Shown: positions 45,562 through 55,537, counted from the first letter of the stretch. The stretch is 58,207 nucleotides of DNA from a virus (IMGVR_UViG_3300029267_000807:1-58207), one strand, 5' to 3'. Notes: generated by a model from the letters alone, not told the origin. Numbers and translations: made by a program.

Positions 45562-47028
45562 TCAGACTTCGTCCCCCCATGCCCAGCCCGGGAACGCGTC
45601 GTTCAGCCCCGGGACAACAGGACGGGCTTCGAACCTCTTCCCGTCAAAGAACGCGACCCCGTCCCGAATCGGGATCAGGCTGTATCCATAGTCGACCGTT
45701 CCGTCAAAGTCCAGGATCAACAGCCCCTGTTGCCATTGTTGCTTTGTGGTTTTCCCCGGGACCCGTCCGTCAATATGGCATGTACAGCCGGGACAGACGG
45801 CTTCGATCGTCCTGGGTCCGTCCCTATAGAACATGGTCCGTCCCTGGACTTCCCGACGGTGAATGTGTCCGAAGATTTCGACGGCGTCCGAATCCCATGC
45901 CATGGCCTTTGCGGTTCGCCCAGGCGCGCGGGCTTTGGGACCATGTCGAAGAACGACGGCTTCATTGATCCAGTCGTCGTCGTCGGGATATCCCCCGATC
46001 CATTCAATCCCCAGGCTGTCCAGCCCCAGGGCTTTTTGTATCGTCAACAGCCCCGGTCCTTCTGGCGCGTCCGCGGACTTCAGATCGTAGGCCCATGCCA
46101 TGCGCTTGACGATCGCGTCGACCCAGCGAACTTCGTGATTTCCTTCGTGGCATGTGATCTTTGCCCCGGGAAATGCGGACCGGAATCGGGAAAGATGGTA
46201 ATGGGCTTCGTAAACCGCGGGCTGGGTCAGGAACTGATATTCGGGCGATCGGACGAAATGATCGGTTGTGTCCGTCCAGTCGTTCAAATCCCCCAAGAAA
46301 TCAACCCGGGAAACCCGGGCAACCTGGGCGATTTGTAGCGCAAGGTCCAGGACCCGGCGATCGTGAAGGGGGACAAGCCGCATGGTCTTCATGCTTTCGC
46401 GCGCGAAGCCTATATGGGCGTCCGCGATCACGATCGACCTTCCTTCGGCGACTTGGGGTTCTGGCGGTTCGGGCGCGGGGACTTGGGCGGTTACAGCCTT
46501 GATCATCGGGCGGACTTCGATCGGGTCCTTTCGCACAAAGCGACAGGAAACCGAATACAGCGTTATCGTTTCCAGCCCCTGTTTCTTGACGTATCCTTCG
46601 ATTATTTTTCCTTCGGACCATACAAGATCGGCGCGTTCTTTCTTTGCCCAGCCGTCCCAGGTTTTGAATTCGGGCTGAAGCGGGTCCCAGACGTTCAGAT
46701 CGATCGAACAGGCTTCGATCAGTTCGTCCAGGGTTTTGATCTGGGGACCGATGACAGAAGCTTCGGCATAGTTTCCCTGTTCGGTAAACCGGGCTTGCAT
46801 GGGATTCGGTTCGTTCGGCTTTGGATCAACAAATCCGGGCGGCGGTTCGGGCTTTGGCAATTTCTTCATGGACTGTCGGCGTTCGGCATAATTGCGAAGC
46901 CTGTTCCGTATTCGATACGAAGCGTCGAATCCGAAGAACCCAGCCAGTTCGCTGTACGTAAACTTTCCGCCATGCGCGACAGCGTTCCGGAATGCCCATT
47001 CAAGATGTATGTCTGGAACGTCGGACAT
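45562..47028 (-). CDS. Calcineurin-like metallophosphoesterase with N-terminal HTH-like region
   Basis: DAH, GDLND, GNHE, HG, GHIH. Confidence 0.88.
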   Translation of the reverse strand: MSDVPDIHLEWAFRNAVAHGGKFTYSELAGFFGFDASYRIRNRLRNYAERRQSMKKLPKPEPPPGFVDPKPNEPNPMQARFTEQGNYAEASVIGPQIKTLDELIEACSIDLNVWDPLQPEFKTWDGWAKKERADLVWSEGKIIEGYVKKQGLETITLYSVSCRFVRKDPIEVRPMIKAVTAQVPAPEPPEPQVAEGRSIVIADAHIGFARESMKTMRLVPLHDRRVLDLALQIAQVARVSRVDFLGDLNDWTDTTDHFVRSPEYQFLTQPAVYEAHYHLSRFRSAFPGAKITCHEGNHEVRWVDAIVKRMAWAYDLKSADAPEGPGLLTIQKALGLDSLGIEWIGGYPDDDDWINEAVVLRHGPKARAPGRTAKAMAWDSDAVEIFGHIHRREVQGRTMFYRDGPRTIEAVCPGCTCHIDGRVPGKTTKQQWQQGLLILDFDGTVDYGYSLIPIRDGVAFFDGKRFEARPVVPGLNDAFPGWAWGDEV

Positions 47029-47074
47029 ATAACCCCCTATGATGGATCCTAAAAGGTTTGTTCCATTATAGCAC

Positions 47075-47106
47075 AAAGCCGCGACCCGGGAAAGGATCGC
47101 GGCTTT
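47075..47106 (-). terminator. Hairpin terminator adjoining an extended -10 (TGCTATAAT, 47065-47073)
   Basis: aaagccgcga...tcgcggcttt. Confidence 0.6.
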
Positions 47107-47125
47107 GTATCGTCTGGATCACGTT

Positions 47126-47671
47126 CTACAGATCGGCGTCAAGTTCTTGTGCCAGTTCGATCATGTCCCGAAGGTAAAGGTATTCAAGGCGTCCCGGCTT
47201 CATGGACGGGCGCTGGGCGACCCATTCCAGAAAATCCATGGCGCGCGTTTCCCAGCCGCTTCGTTCTTTGGGCGCTTGATCGATGATCGGTCCGATGACT
47301 TCTTGAACGGCTTTGATAGTTGCGGATAGATACGCGTCTGAATGTCCAGGATTTACGTCCAGATCGGCGAGCGTATGGATCAGGTTCTGAAGGTTCAGCG
47401 TCCAGGCGTTCCGCGGATCGTCGTCGATCTTTGGAAGTTCTGTTTCGCCAGCTTCCCCGACGATCGGCTTACTGAAGATCGGAAGATCCCCGGCGCATGC
47501 CATGTCCAGGATCAGATCGACGGCTTCGGTCAGCATTCCGCGGACGATATCCTTCTGGCATTTCCCATGCGCGATCATTCGCTGGCATTCGTCCCGGCGC
47601 TTTTCGGCGAATTTGGGCATGGTCGCGATACAGCCGTCACATGTGATCGCGCGAAGAAGTTCTTCAGCCAT
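47126..47671 (-). CDS. Hypothetical protein
   Basis: 181 aa ORF. Confidence 0.65.
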   Translation of the reverse strand: MAEELLRAITCDGCIATMPKFAEKRRDECQRMIAHGKCQKDIVRGMLTEAVDLILDMACAGDLPIFSKPIVGEAGETELPKIDDDPRNAWTLNLQNLIHTLADLDVNPGHSDAYLSATIKAVQEVIGPIIDQAPKERSGWETRAMDFLEWVAQRPSMKPGRLEYLYLRDMIELAQELDADL

Positions 47672-47870
47672 TGTCTTTTCCTTCCTGTTCGGCGGTCAGT
47701 TCCCGGGCGCGTTCCAGAAGGGCTTTCCGGTCCATGGTCCCGAAGGTCGCTTCGTACAGCATGCCGATCCCCAGGGTCAGGATTTCGCGGACCGTAAAGT
47801 CCCCTTCCGTCTGAAGCCGTTCCTTTTGAGCATAAGTGTTATTCGAAACGCGGGTCCCAAGCTGTTTCAT
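47664..47870 (-). CDS. Ribbon-helix-helix-like DNA-binding protein
   Basis: QLGTRVS strand followed by two helices. Confidence 0.5.
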   Translation of the reverse strand: MKQLGTRVSNNTYAQKERLQTEGDFTVREILTLGIGMLYEATFGTMDRKALLERARELTAEQEGKDNG

Positions 47871-47886
47871 GTTCGTTTCCTTTCTT

Positions 47887-48195
47887 CTATATGTTCGGCG
47901 TTGGTCTTGGCGGCGGCGGCTTGTCCTTTCGGATAATCGGAAAGTATCCCTTCAGTTCCAGATCGGCGGCTTCGTTCGGCGGAAACGGGCGCTGTTCGTC
48001 ACATAGGGCTTCACATTCGACCGGGTCCTTTCCCGATTCGACGCATTCCAGAATACAGGCAAAGGACGGATCCGTGATCGGCGGCGATATGGGCGACTGG
48101 CTGAACGCTGGAACCCCACCAAAGGCGGCGATCATGGCCCAAAGGAACAGGGCGAATAGGGTCAGGATCGCAAGCCCGATCAGAAAGCGTTTCAT
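47887..48195 (-). CDS. Secreted/membrane protein
   Basis: Signal peptide MKRFLIGLAIL...; C-terminal YFPIIRK+Pro-rich tail resembling the Chloroflexota YLPLI motif. Confidence 0.7.
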   Translation of the reverse strand: MKRFLIGLAILTLFALFLWAMIAAFGGVPAFSQSPISPPITDPSFACILECVESGKDPVECEALCDEQRPFPPNEAADLELKGYFPIIRKDKPPPPRPTPNI

Positions 48196-48758
48196 GTCAG
48201 CCCCCAGCCCAGCCGCGGAACGTCGGACGATTCCGGCGCGACGTACACAAAGGACTTTGGGTTTTGCCCAAGTTCCAGCCGGACATAGTTCCCGGACAGG
48301 ATATCCATGGCGATCGTATAGGCGATCGCACTCTTCGCGACCGGGTGTTTCCCGTTTGTCTGAACGTTTCGCCCTTTGTTGAATGCGACGTCCCGGACGT
48401 ATCGAAGGACGTATCGATCCAGATCGGGGATTTCGATCCAGCCCCGGGACGCAAAGACCCCGGAATCGCTGTCCAGGCGTCCGATCGACGGGCATTCCGC
48501 AAGTTGGCGCATTCGCGCGCGCAAAGCCGCGACAACGGCCCCGATCATCGGATCGTTCGGGTCCCTGGGCGAACGGGTCGCGTATCCCCGAAAGATATAT
48601 TCCCCGTCCCGGATTTCGGCGATCGTTTCTTCGGCGGTCCGGGATCGAACGAACAAGATCCTGATCCGGTCTTCCATGTCGTTTGCCCTTTCTTCGATCT
48701 TGCATAGGTTCAGGGGGATATCATCACCTTGCAAATAGCTTTCGTAAAAGTCGGCCAT
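48192..48758 (-). CDS. Hypothetical protein
   Basis: MADFYESY...; RBS. Confidence 0.65.
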   Translation of the reverse strand: MADFYESYLQGDDIPLNLCKIEERANDMEDRIRILFVRSRTAEETIAEIRDGEYIFRGYATRSPRDPNDPMIGAVVAALRARMRQLAECPSIGRLDSDSGVFASRGWIEIPDLDRYVLRYVRDVAFNKGRNVQTNGKHPVAKSAIAYTIAMDILSGNYVRLELGQNPKSFVYVAPESSDVPRLGWGLT

Positions 48759-48759
48759 G

Positions 48760-49098
48760 CTAGTTCCCTTCCGGCGGAACGAAATCGACCCATAGTAGAA
48801 CTTTCCCGAATCCGGCGTCGACCATGAACGACGCGATCGCAAGCCCCAGGTCTTTCAGGTTTTCGCGGACGGCGACCAAATATCCCTCTTCGTCCTGGGT
48901 TATTTCGCATTCCCATGCATTCGTCTTCTGTCCTTCCTTCATGACCCGAACGCATACGCGATAACGTTCCCAGTCATGAACGACTTCCGGCGAACTGAAC
49001 CCATGCAACGGAATATCAGTCCCCAGCGATTCACGAACCGCATGCGCGACGTTCCGAAGATGCACGTTTTTGCTGAACAAAACTTCGACTTGCCCCAT
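48760..49098 (-). CDS. Hypothetical protein
   Basis: AGAAAGG RBS downstream of promoter. Confidence 0.65.
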   Translation of the reverse strand: MGQVEVLFSKNVHLRNVAHAVRESLGTDIPLHGFSSPEVVHDWERYRVCVRVMKEGQKTNAWECEITQDEEGYLVAVRENLKDLGLAIASFMVDAGFGKVLLWVDFVPPEGN

Positions 49099-49148
49099 GA
49101 CATTGTCCTTTCTTTTGGCTTTCGGGCGGATTTGATTCGCACATGTTC

Positions 49149-49177
49149 ATTATAGCAAATTGAACGACGCTTGTCAA
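49149..49177 (-). promoter_or_regulatory. Sigma70-type promoter
   Basis: TTGACA-N17-TATAAT. Confidence 0.85.
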
Positions 49178-49183
49178 ATTATG

Positions 49184-49396
49184 TCAGTAAAGCCCCTTCA
49201 GCCCAGCCCGGGCGATCATCGTATCGCACATGGGATCCTCTTCCGAACAACCTTCGGTTTCACAACAGGAACCCGCGGCGATATCGACCAAAGCCGCGAT
49301 CATGGAAACAAGGCGTCGGGCGCGGTCTTTGGCATTCAATTCGGCGAATTCTTTCGCGATCTGTTCTGTCTTCCAGCCATAGATCGATTCTGGCAT
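49184..49396 (-). CDS. Hypothetical protein
   Basis: 70 aa with Cys cluster. Confidence 0.55.
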   Translation of the reverse strand: MPESIYGWKTEQIAKEFAELNAKDRARRLVSMIAALVDIAAGSCCETEGCSEEDPMCDTMIARAGLKGLY

Positions 49397-49397
49397 G

Positions 49398-50186
49398 TTA
49401 TGTCTTCCTGTCTGTCTGCTGTCTGTCTGTCCTGGGGGCTGTCATGACAGCCATGTCAGTCCCCGGGTAGTGTAGGGGGGACCGGGCGTAATGCCGGACC
49501 CAGGCTTTCCCGGTTGGGGACAGTTCCGGCGTTTCGCGTTCCCCGACGGCGTCGACCCAGCCGCGATCCCGGAAGCGGTCGAACATGGTTTCCCAGTCGG
49601 ACGGGTTGACTTTGTGTCGGCGAATCGCTTCTGTCTGGGAAAAGTTTCGTCCTTCGTTCACGACGGCTGAACAGAACTTCTTCCAGGCGCGCGCGTCTTT
49701 CAGTGTAGGATGATCATGAATGGACTGTCCCTGTCCAGTGTCAAGGGACCCTTCGACCTTCCAGACAACTTCCCGGACAACTTCGCGCGGTTCGGCGACC
49801 GGGCGATTGTCCTTCCATGGCATGTGGCGCGCATCGTCCCAGGTAATCGGCGCGTCCGGATCGGATACGTCAACCTGGGCGAATGGCGCGGGCCAATTCG
49901 GGTTCTTTAGCTTCGGGACGAAATACCAAAGAATCGCGGCGGCGGGCGCAACGATCCAGGGAACCCCGAACAACAGAAACAGGGGAATGTAAACCCAGCC
50001 CGTCAAGGCGTCCCAGTAATTTCGGAACCCGGCGATCCATGTCCAGACAGCCGTTATCAGGACCCAGCAAACCCCGATCGCAAGATCCGCGAACTTTGCG
50101 ATCAGAAAGGCGACCCGGACCGAATTCGAAATTTCGTCCCCGGCATGCCGGGTAATTTCGACTTCCCCGCGGCTTCCCCAGGTCAT
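49398..50186 (-). CDS. Membrane protein with C-terminal winged-helix-like domain
   Basis: Two TM segments; FRDRGWV...ELSPTGKAWVR. Confidence 0.65.
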   Translation of the reverse strand: MTWGSRGEVEITRHAGDEISNSVRVAFLIAKFADLAIGVCWVLITAVWTWIAGFRNYWDALTGWVYIPLFLLFGVPWIVAPAAAILWYFVPKLKNPNWPAPFAQVDVSDPDAPITWDDARHMPWKDNRPVAEPREVVREVVWKVEGSLDTGQGQSIHDHPTLKDARAWKKFCSAVVNEGRNFSQTEAIRRHKVNPSDWETMFDRFRDRGWVDAVGERETPELSPTGKAWVRHYARSPLHYPGTDMAVMTAPRTDRQQTDRKT

Positions 50187-50443
50187 TCGATCAGCCCGTC
50201 CCGGACGGCTTTGTTCTGTCCCTTCAGGACCCGGAACCCCAGAAACAGCCCCCCGACTTTCGCCGAACAGGTAAGGCTTTCGTCGATCCGATGGATCTTT
50301 TCGATCTTCGTTCGGACCCGGGTCCCCCCGGCTTTGGCTTGCGTCTGGGGATCATAGATCCGGGCGATCACGGCTTGCCCTTCCTGAAGGCTTGACGTTT
50401 TCCATGTTAGTTCAACCGCATGCGGCTTCGTTACCATGTCCAT
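50183..50443 (-). CDS. Hypothetical protein
   Basis: Coupled ORF. Confidence 0.55.
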   Translation of the reverse strand: MDMVTKPHAVELTWKTSSLQEGQAVIARIYDPQTQAKAGGTRVRTKIEKIHRIDESLTCSAKVGGLFLGFRVLKGQNKAVRDGLIE

Positions 50444-51375
50444 TCGTCCTGTTCCCAGTCCGGCGGATCTTCTTCGGCGGGCGGCGGATCTTTCTTTTGT
50501 GGCGGATCCAGCGGGATCGGTTCAGTGTTCATTCGTGGGCGGTTTGCGGCGTTGATCATTCCAGCCGTCCATGAAAAGTACGTTTCCAGCGGCGGCGGCG
50601 CGCGATCCATCCATGATGTGTCGGCTTTGGGAACCCGGTCCAGGCATTCCTTTACAGTCGGAAAGCGGCGTCCGGGATCGGCGAATGCCTTTTCCCAGGC
50701 TTCGCCAGTGAACCGATCTGTTTCAGGGGGGACAACCTCTTCGCCGATCGTCCATGCCGGGATCCATGGGTATTTCGAAATGGACCCGGACTTTGTCAGC
50801 CATGAAAGCTGTCCCTGGGCTTTCAGCGCGCGGTAAACGCGAAGGGTCGCTTCGGCGTCCTGAACGACGTATTCCAGGACCTTTCTTTGTTCTTCGGCGC
50901 TGAACCGCCACATGTCCGGCGCAAGGTCCCCATGCATTCCTTCGGTTTTTCCTTCGACGGACAGCCCGTCCGCGGCGGCTTGAAGGCTGATCGGGAACCC
51001 TTTCTGAACCCGGATCAGGAACATAAGATCGATGTGGTTCATAGCAAGGATCCCGATCTTCTGTTCCAGCCCCCGATCCCCCCCAGCCGCGAACGCAAGG
51101 GCGCGAAAGTCGAAGGACAGCCCGTTCCAGGTTACGATCGGGATCTTCTGAACAGCTTGAAGGTCCCAAAGGTAATTGACAAGATCGCCGATCGCTTCCG
51201 GCGACATGGCGAACGCAAAGTCGAACCCCGGACCCGGCATGTCCGGGTCAGCCCAGAAGCGGCTTTCGCCGTCCTGAAGGGCTGTCCCGGCGCATGAAAT
51301 GTCAAGCCCCCGTTCCCAGTGAAACCCTTCCGGAAGTTCTTCCGAAATTTCCAGATCGAACGCGCAAACCTTCAT
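50431..51375 (-). CDS. RNase H-like/DnaQ-type 3'-5' exonuclease
   Basis: AFDLE, TWNGLSFDF, HIDL, YVVQDA (Exo I-III). Confidence 0.85.
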   Translation of the reverse strand: MKVCAFDLEISEELPEGFHWERGLDISCAGTALQDGESRFWADPDMPGPGFDFAFAMSPEAIGDLVNYLWDLQAVQKIPIVTWNGLSFDFRALAFAAGGDRGLEQKIGILAMNHIDLMFLIRVQKGFPISLQAAADGLSVEGKTEGMHGDLAPDMWRFSAEEQRKVLEYVVQDAEATLRVYRALKAQGQLSWLTKSGSISKYPWIPAWTIGEEVVPPETDRFTGEAWEKAFADPGRRFPTVKECLDRVPKADTSWMDRAPPPLETYFSWTAGMINAANRPRMNTEPIPLDPPQKKDPPPAEEDPPDWEQDEWTW

Positions 51376-51438
51376 GTCCTGTCCTTTCTTTCTTACGCGG
51401 ATCGCCGTTTGTGACAACCCGGGCATTCGCGTAAGATT

Positions 51439-52014
51439 TTAGAATGGTATATCGCCGTCTTCTACAAAGCCGACGGGTTCTTCGGTCCCATTTTCGGCGG
51501 ATTCGTTTTCCTGGGCGCTGTCCGCGTCTTCCCCCAGGGGAAGATACTGTTCCAGGTTCCCGGCGACCCGGATCCCCGGGTTGACAACCTGTCGACCGAC
51601 TTCTTCGGGAACGACCCCGGCGTCGATCAGCTTTTTGAATGCGCGTTCGTCAAGCTTTAGGGCCATATCCTTTTCTTTCGCCCAGCGGAACGCGGCGTCC
51701 TGATCGATTTCATAGACATGCCGTTCGACAACCGACACAACTTCATGGGTCTTTTCCCCGGTCAGCCGGAATAGGTCTTCTATAACGATCTGGATCTTTC
51801 CGCGAAGAGTATCGATCCGGGCCTTCCCTTGCGCGACGTCCCCCTTCCAGCGTTCGATCTTGTCCCAGATCCCGTCCCGTTTCAGGATCCGTTCGGCTGT
51901 TTCCTGGGCGTCCGCCAGCATGACGGCGCTGTCTTCCAGGTCTTGTTCAGCCTTTGCCAACTGTCCCAAAAGGCGGACAAGCTTCCGATTCGAAATCGTT
52001 ACAAAGTCGCTCAT
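51439..52014 (-). CDS. Gam/Gp157-like coiled-coil protein
   Basis: Coiled coil, LKLDERAFKK; acidic DDIPF-like tail (DGDIPF); next to ERF. Confidence 0.5.
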   Translation of the reverse strand: MSDFVTISNRKLVRLLGQLAKAEQDLEDSAVMLADAQETAERILKRDGIWDKIERWKGDVAQGKARIDTLRGKIQIVIEDLFRLTGEKTHEVVSVVERHVYEIDQDAAFRWAKEKDMALKLDERAFKKLIDAGVVPEEVGRQVVNPGIRVAGNLEQYLPLGEDADSAQENESAENGTEEPVGFVEDGDIPF

Positions 52015-52883
52015 TCTAGTTTACCTTTCAGCCAGTCGACCCCGGCGTTCAACTGTTCGGCGGTCATGTCCTGAAGGTTGGGTTTTCCCTTTTCGTTCAG
52101 AGCCCGATTGATCGCGGTTACACCCCTCAGGTCCGGGTAAACCGTTTCCATAAGTTCCTGGAACTGGGCGCGAAGCAGTCCGACGTTGTCCCCGGCGGGC
52201 GTGGGCGATTTCTGATCTGTCATGCCCAAATGGGCGCGAATCGCCTTTATATCGTCCGGGCGGTCTTCCGGCTTGACGTTGTCCAGGATCCATTTTAGGT
52301 ATTTCGGGTCCTTTTCCGCGACTTCGGCGACAGTCTTCGCGTTCGGCGGGCCATGCTTTCCGAACGTCATGACGTACAGCCCGGGCTTTCCGGCGGGCGG
52401 CTTCTGGGTCTTTGTCGGCGTCGTCTTTGGCTGTCTGCTTCCCGGCTGGGTCCCGGCTGAACCGTCGGCGTCGTCTTCCCCCGTCGGGATCAGAAACGTT
52501 TTGATCAGCCCGTATTTTACACCTGCGGTAAGGGCCTTGTTTGCCCCCTTGTCCTGTTGATCGTCGGCTTCCCCGATCCATCGGACCGTGAACGATTCGC
52601 CGGATTCGGCGTCCGCGAAGGTCGCGTCGATCCCGACGATCGTCTTGATCGTATCGTTCCCCCGGGAAGACGTCCGGGTTTCCTGTCGGAAGTCGGCAAC
52701 GGACACAAAGAACGCGATCCCATGTTCGGCGAACTGATTCCGGACCGATTCCAGAACGTCCGCGTCCAGGACGTAATCATAATTGAAATGCGGGTTCCGT
52801 CCGCGTTTGGGGATTCGTTCGATCGACTTCAGGATCAGGGCCATTTTTGCGAATAGGGATTTCGGGCTGTTCTGTTCAGACAT
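52011..52883 (-). CDS. ERF-family single-strand annealing protein with inserted FGKH domain
   Basis: IPKRGRNPHFNYDY, DKGANKALT..KY.L...F.IPTGEDDAD; MTFGKH...DPKYLKW. Confidence 0.88.
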   Translation of the reverse strand: MSEQNSPKSLFAKMALILKSIERIPKRGRNPHFNYDYVLDADVLESVRNQFAEHGIAFFVSVADFRQETRTSSRGNDTIKTIVGIDATFADAESGESFTVRWIGEADDQQDKGANKALTAGVKYGLIKTFLIPTGEDDADGSAGTQPGSRQPKTTPTKTQKPPAGKPGLYVMTFGKHGPPNAKTVAEVAEKDPKYLKWILDNVKPEDRPDDIKAIRAHLGMTDQKSPTPAGDNVGLLRAQFQELMETVYPDLRGVTAINRALNEKGKPNLQDMTAEQLNAGVDWLKGKLE

Positions 52884-53058
52884 TTCGGGCGTCCTTTCTT
52901 TGGTGGGGGGACCCGGCTTCGGGCGCGGGTCCCCCTGTCGGTTTCTGTTGACGTTCGGCGCTTGCTACATGTCGACCGTCCTTTCAGCGTCTGGCGAATA
53001 CGTCCCCGGGCTTTCCCCGGGCGCTTTCATTTCGGACCGTCCTTTCGTTCGCATGCGT

Positions 53059-53087
53059 ATTATAGCACAATGAACGGACGCTGTCAA
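53059..53087 (-). promoter_or_regulatory. Sigma70-type promoter of recombination operon
   Basis: TTGACA-N17-TATAAT. Confidence 0.85.
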
Positions 53088-53090
53088 GTT

Positions 53091-53540
53091 CTATATGCTA
53101 GATCCATGGTATTCCAGGAACCCTTTTAGGGGATGGGACCCGGGAAGGAAGGGAAGGGACTTCAGCCAGTCAAGGTATTGAAGCCCGTACACATGGAACA
53201 TGCTTTCGGCGATTTCCAACATGGGCGGTTCGATCGCGGTTTCATGATGGTTCGCGCAAAGCAGAACGCAATTGAACGGCGTATGAATCAGGACCCGAAG
53301 CGGCTTCGCCCAACCCTGGACAGCCGATCGGCGGATCGCTTCATGGATATAGAATCCCTTCGGCGAACAGTCCGCGGACGTTACCCAACACCGTCCGTCC
53401 CGAAGCTTCAGGAAGGGGAAAAGCTGAACCCAGCGATGGGCATTCAGATCGTCCCCGACGTCCGGGAACCCGATCGCCAACTGTCGATCCCCTTCCGGCT
53501 TCCAGGCTTTCACTTCCATTCCATGTGCCATGTTAGTCAT
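53091..53540 (-). CDS. HNH-like endonuclease
   Basis: RDGRC...IHE...NCVLLCANHH. Confidence 0.65.
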   Translation of the reverse strand: MTNMAHGMEVKAWKPEGDRQLAIGFPDVGDDLNAHRWVQLFPFLKLRDGRCWVTSADCSPKGFYIHEAIRRSAVQGWAKPLRVLIHTPFNCVLLCANHHETAIEPPMLEIAESMFHVYGLQYLDWLKSLPFLPGSHPLKGFLEYHGSSI

Positions 53541-53551
53541 GCGGCTTCCTT

Positions 53552-53761
53552 TCAGATTCTAGGGTTCTGTCGACCGTGAACCGGGCATTCCAAAGCAAAG
53601 ATCCCGGCTTTCCATTTCCATACGGCCCCGGCGCATTTCGGGCATAGGATCATGGTCATTCGGCCCAGTTCATTCCAGCGGACCGGATCCCCGGGCTGTC
53701 CACAACAATAGCAGGGCTTCACTTTGGGAATCAGGTTCAGGAAGTCGGCTTGTTCAGGCAT
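53552..53761 (-). CDS. Zinc-finger protein
   Basis: CYCC, CPKC, CPVH. Confidence 0.55.
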   Translation of the reverse strand: MPEQADFLNLIPKVKPCYCCGQPGDPVRWNELGRMTMILCPKCAGAVWKWKAGIFALECPVHGRQNPRI

Positions 53762-53958
53762 GCGATTACTTTCTTCATGACAATTGCTTCCAGCGCGGGG
53801 ACCTCTTCCGGCTTCGGTTCGCGCATGCATGGAAGCTTGACAGGGTCCTGGGGCATTCCCCCGATTTCGATCGCAAAGATGGCGCGCGGCGGTCCGTCAT
53901 ATCCCAGCCAACCCGCATAATCGACCCCGACTTCGACTTCAGCCTTTGCTTTCTTCAT
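53737..53958 (-). CDS. Hypothetical protein
   Basis: Coupled ORF with RBS. Confidence 0.55.
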   Translation of the reverse strand: MKKAKAEVEVGVDYAGWLGYDGPPRAIFAIEIGGMPQDPVKLPCMREPKPEEVPALEAIVMKKVIACLNKPTS

Positions 53959-54359
53959 GGTTTCCCTTCCCATAGGTCGCATATCAGTTCAGCCATTTCG
54001 ATTTCGGTCCGAATAGTTCCCGGGTCGCGTCCGCATGTAAACTTATCGGCGCATTCCTGGATCCATTCGCAATTCAGGCAAGATCGGCGCGGGCGGAACC
54101 GAAGGTTGATCGGCTTGTGTAATCCGACTTGATCTTCATGTTCGATTCGGCAAATACGAAGCGACAACAGTTCCCGGACGAATTGTTCCCAGGAAAAGTC
54201 CTGGATCGGCGCGTCCTTCCGGTCCAGGCGGGTCATGTGAAACATGTGCGTTCGATAGATCAGAAACAGGCTTCGTTCAGCCTGTTCCCCGTACAGGGCG
54301 CGGTAATGGCGGCGGAATTCTTCGATCATGCTTTCGCTTGCGGCTTGTTCGATTTTCAT
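53955..54359 (-). CDS. Hypothetical protein with Cys cluster
   Basis: CLNCEW...C...CDLW. Confidence 0.6.
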   Translation of the reverse strand: MKIEQAASESMIEEFRRHYRALYGEQAERSLFLIYRTHMFHMTRLDRKDAPIQDFSWEQFVRELLSLRICRIEHEDQVGLHKPINLRFRPRRSCLNCEWIQECADKFTCGRDPGTIRTEIEMAELICDLWEGKP

Positions 54360-54360
54360 G

Positions 54361-55083
54361 TCAGATCCTTTCGTCAAGCAATTCCAACAGTTCGGAAACC
54401 CGCGGTTCTTTTGCTTTACCGATATAGGGAATCGAATCGCGCATGTCGATCCCGTCTTGTCCCGGGACTTCGTTCCCCAGCGTTACCCAGCCTGGGCGCA
54501 TGCGGCGGGCGTACAGTTCACAGTATCTTTGCCCCGGATACGCGGCTTCTAGGTATTCATGAACGTTGTCGGGCTTTTCGGAATGGTCCCCCGGGATCGT
54601 AAAGAAAACCTGGGGAAACATTTTCACTTCAGGAAGCGGCGGCTTCCCCTTCTTCCCCAGGACAACAAGTTCAGCGTTCGAAGCCGTGTAATGCCCCGGG
54701 CGCTTATGGATTCCGCGGACCAACAGATCATGAAGGTTCCGGCGCTGAATCAGATCCGCGACGAACAGCGGTTGGGACCGAACTTCGTTCAGGAATCCTT
54801 TTGTCAGCTTGATCCAGACGAATTCCAGCGTTATGGGCGTACAGCCCCAGGCTTCCAGGACGGGTCCGGCGTCGAAGAAATGGGGACCCGTTGTCCATAA
54901 GTGAACGAAACAGTCGTCGGCCATGATTTCCGGGACTGGCATGGAACAGATTTCGTCAAGCCCCGATAGGTTATAATGTCCTTCAGCCCCGTTCCCGAAC
55001 TTTGTCCGGGTCCCCCCGAACCCTTCGTTCAGGCGTTGGTTATAATGCCAGTTCGGATCGGCGATTATATGATCGAACTTCAT
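54361..55083 (-). CDS. MT-A70 family adenine methyltransferase
   Basis: IADPNW, LWTT, FVWIK, HSEKP, ELYAR, GWVTLGNE. Confidence 0.9.
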   Translation of the reverse strand: MKFDHIIADPNWHYNQRLNEGFGGTRTKFGNGAEGHYNLSGLDEICSMPVPEIMADDCFVHLWTTGPHFFDAGPVLEAWGCTPITLEFVWIKLTKGFLNEVRSQPLFVADLIQRRNLHDLLVRGIHKRPGHYTASNAELVVLGKKGKPPLPEVKMFPQVFFTIPGDHSEKPDNVHEYLEAAYPGQRYCELYARRMRPGWVTLGNEVPGQDGIDMRDSIPYIGKAKEPRVSELLELLDERI

Positions 55084-55349
55084 GCCGGGTCCTTTCCCGA
55101 TACGCTGAACAGCCGTCCCGTATTATGGACCGCGGGCGGGTCCGTTTCTTCGTATTCCGTAATTGCCATTTTCGCCATGGAATCAATTATGATCGGGTCC
55201 CCGGCTTCGACAAGGTCGAACAGGTCCCAGGATACGATACAGATTACTGTACATGACCCCTTCGGTCCATGCATCGTGAACTTGGCGCGCGGGCTTCGAC
55301 CATACACCAAAGATTCTATGACTTCATATCCTTCGTAACAGGCGATCAT
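55080..55349 (-). CDS. Hypothetical protein
   Basis: ATGA-coupled ORF. Confidence 0.5.
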   Translation of the reverse strand: MIACYEGYEVIESLVYGRSPRAKFTMHGPKGSCTVICIVSWDLFDLVEAGDPIIIDSMAKMAITEYEETDPPAVHNTGRLFSVSGKDPA

Positions 55350-55537
55350 ATTGTTTCGCCCAGAACGTCCATGGCGCGCGCGATCGCGGCGTCTTCCAGC
55401 TTTTCCCATGGCGCGTCGATCTGAACGTCTTCGCCGTCAACATGAACGTATAGCAAATGTTCCCCGGTCGCGACACAATAGCTCAAATTCCAGCCGTCTT
55501 CTACAGGATGGATCGCGGACAACTTTGCTGTTACCAT
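55346..55537 (-). CDS. Hypothetical protein
   Basis: 63 aa coupled ORF. Confidence 0.55.
   Translation of the reverse strand: MVTAKLSAIHPVEDGWNLSYCVATGEHLLYVHVDGEDVQIDAPWEKLEDAAIARAMDVLGETI

Noticed and set aside
49408-49432. CTGT microsatellite-like run
   Set aside because: Short, and encodes the low-complexity TDRQQTDRK tail of 49398-50186; no sign of phase variation
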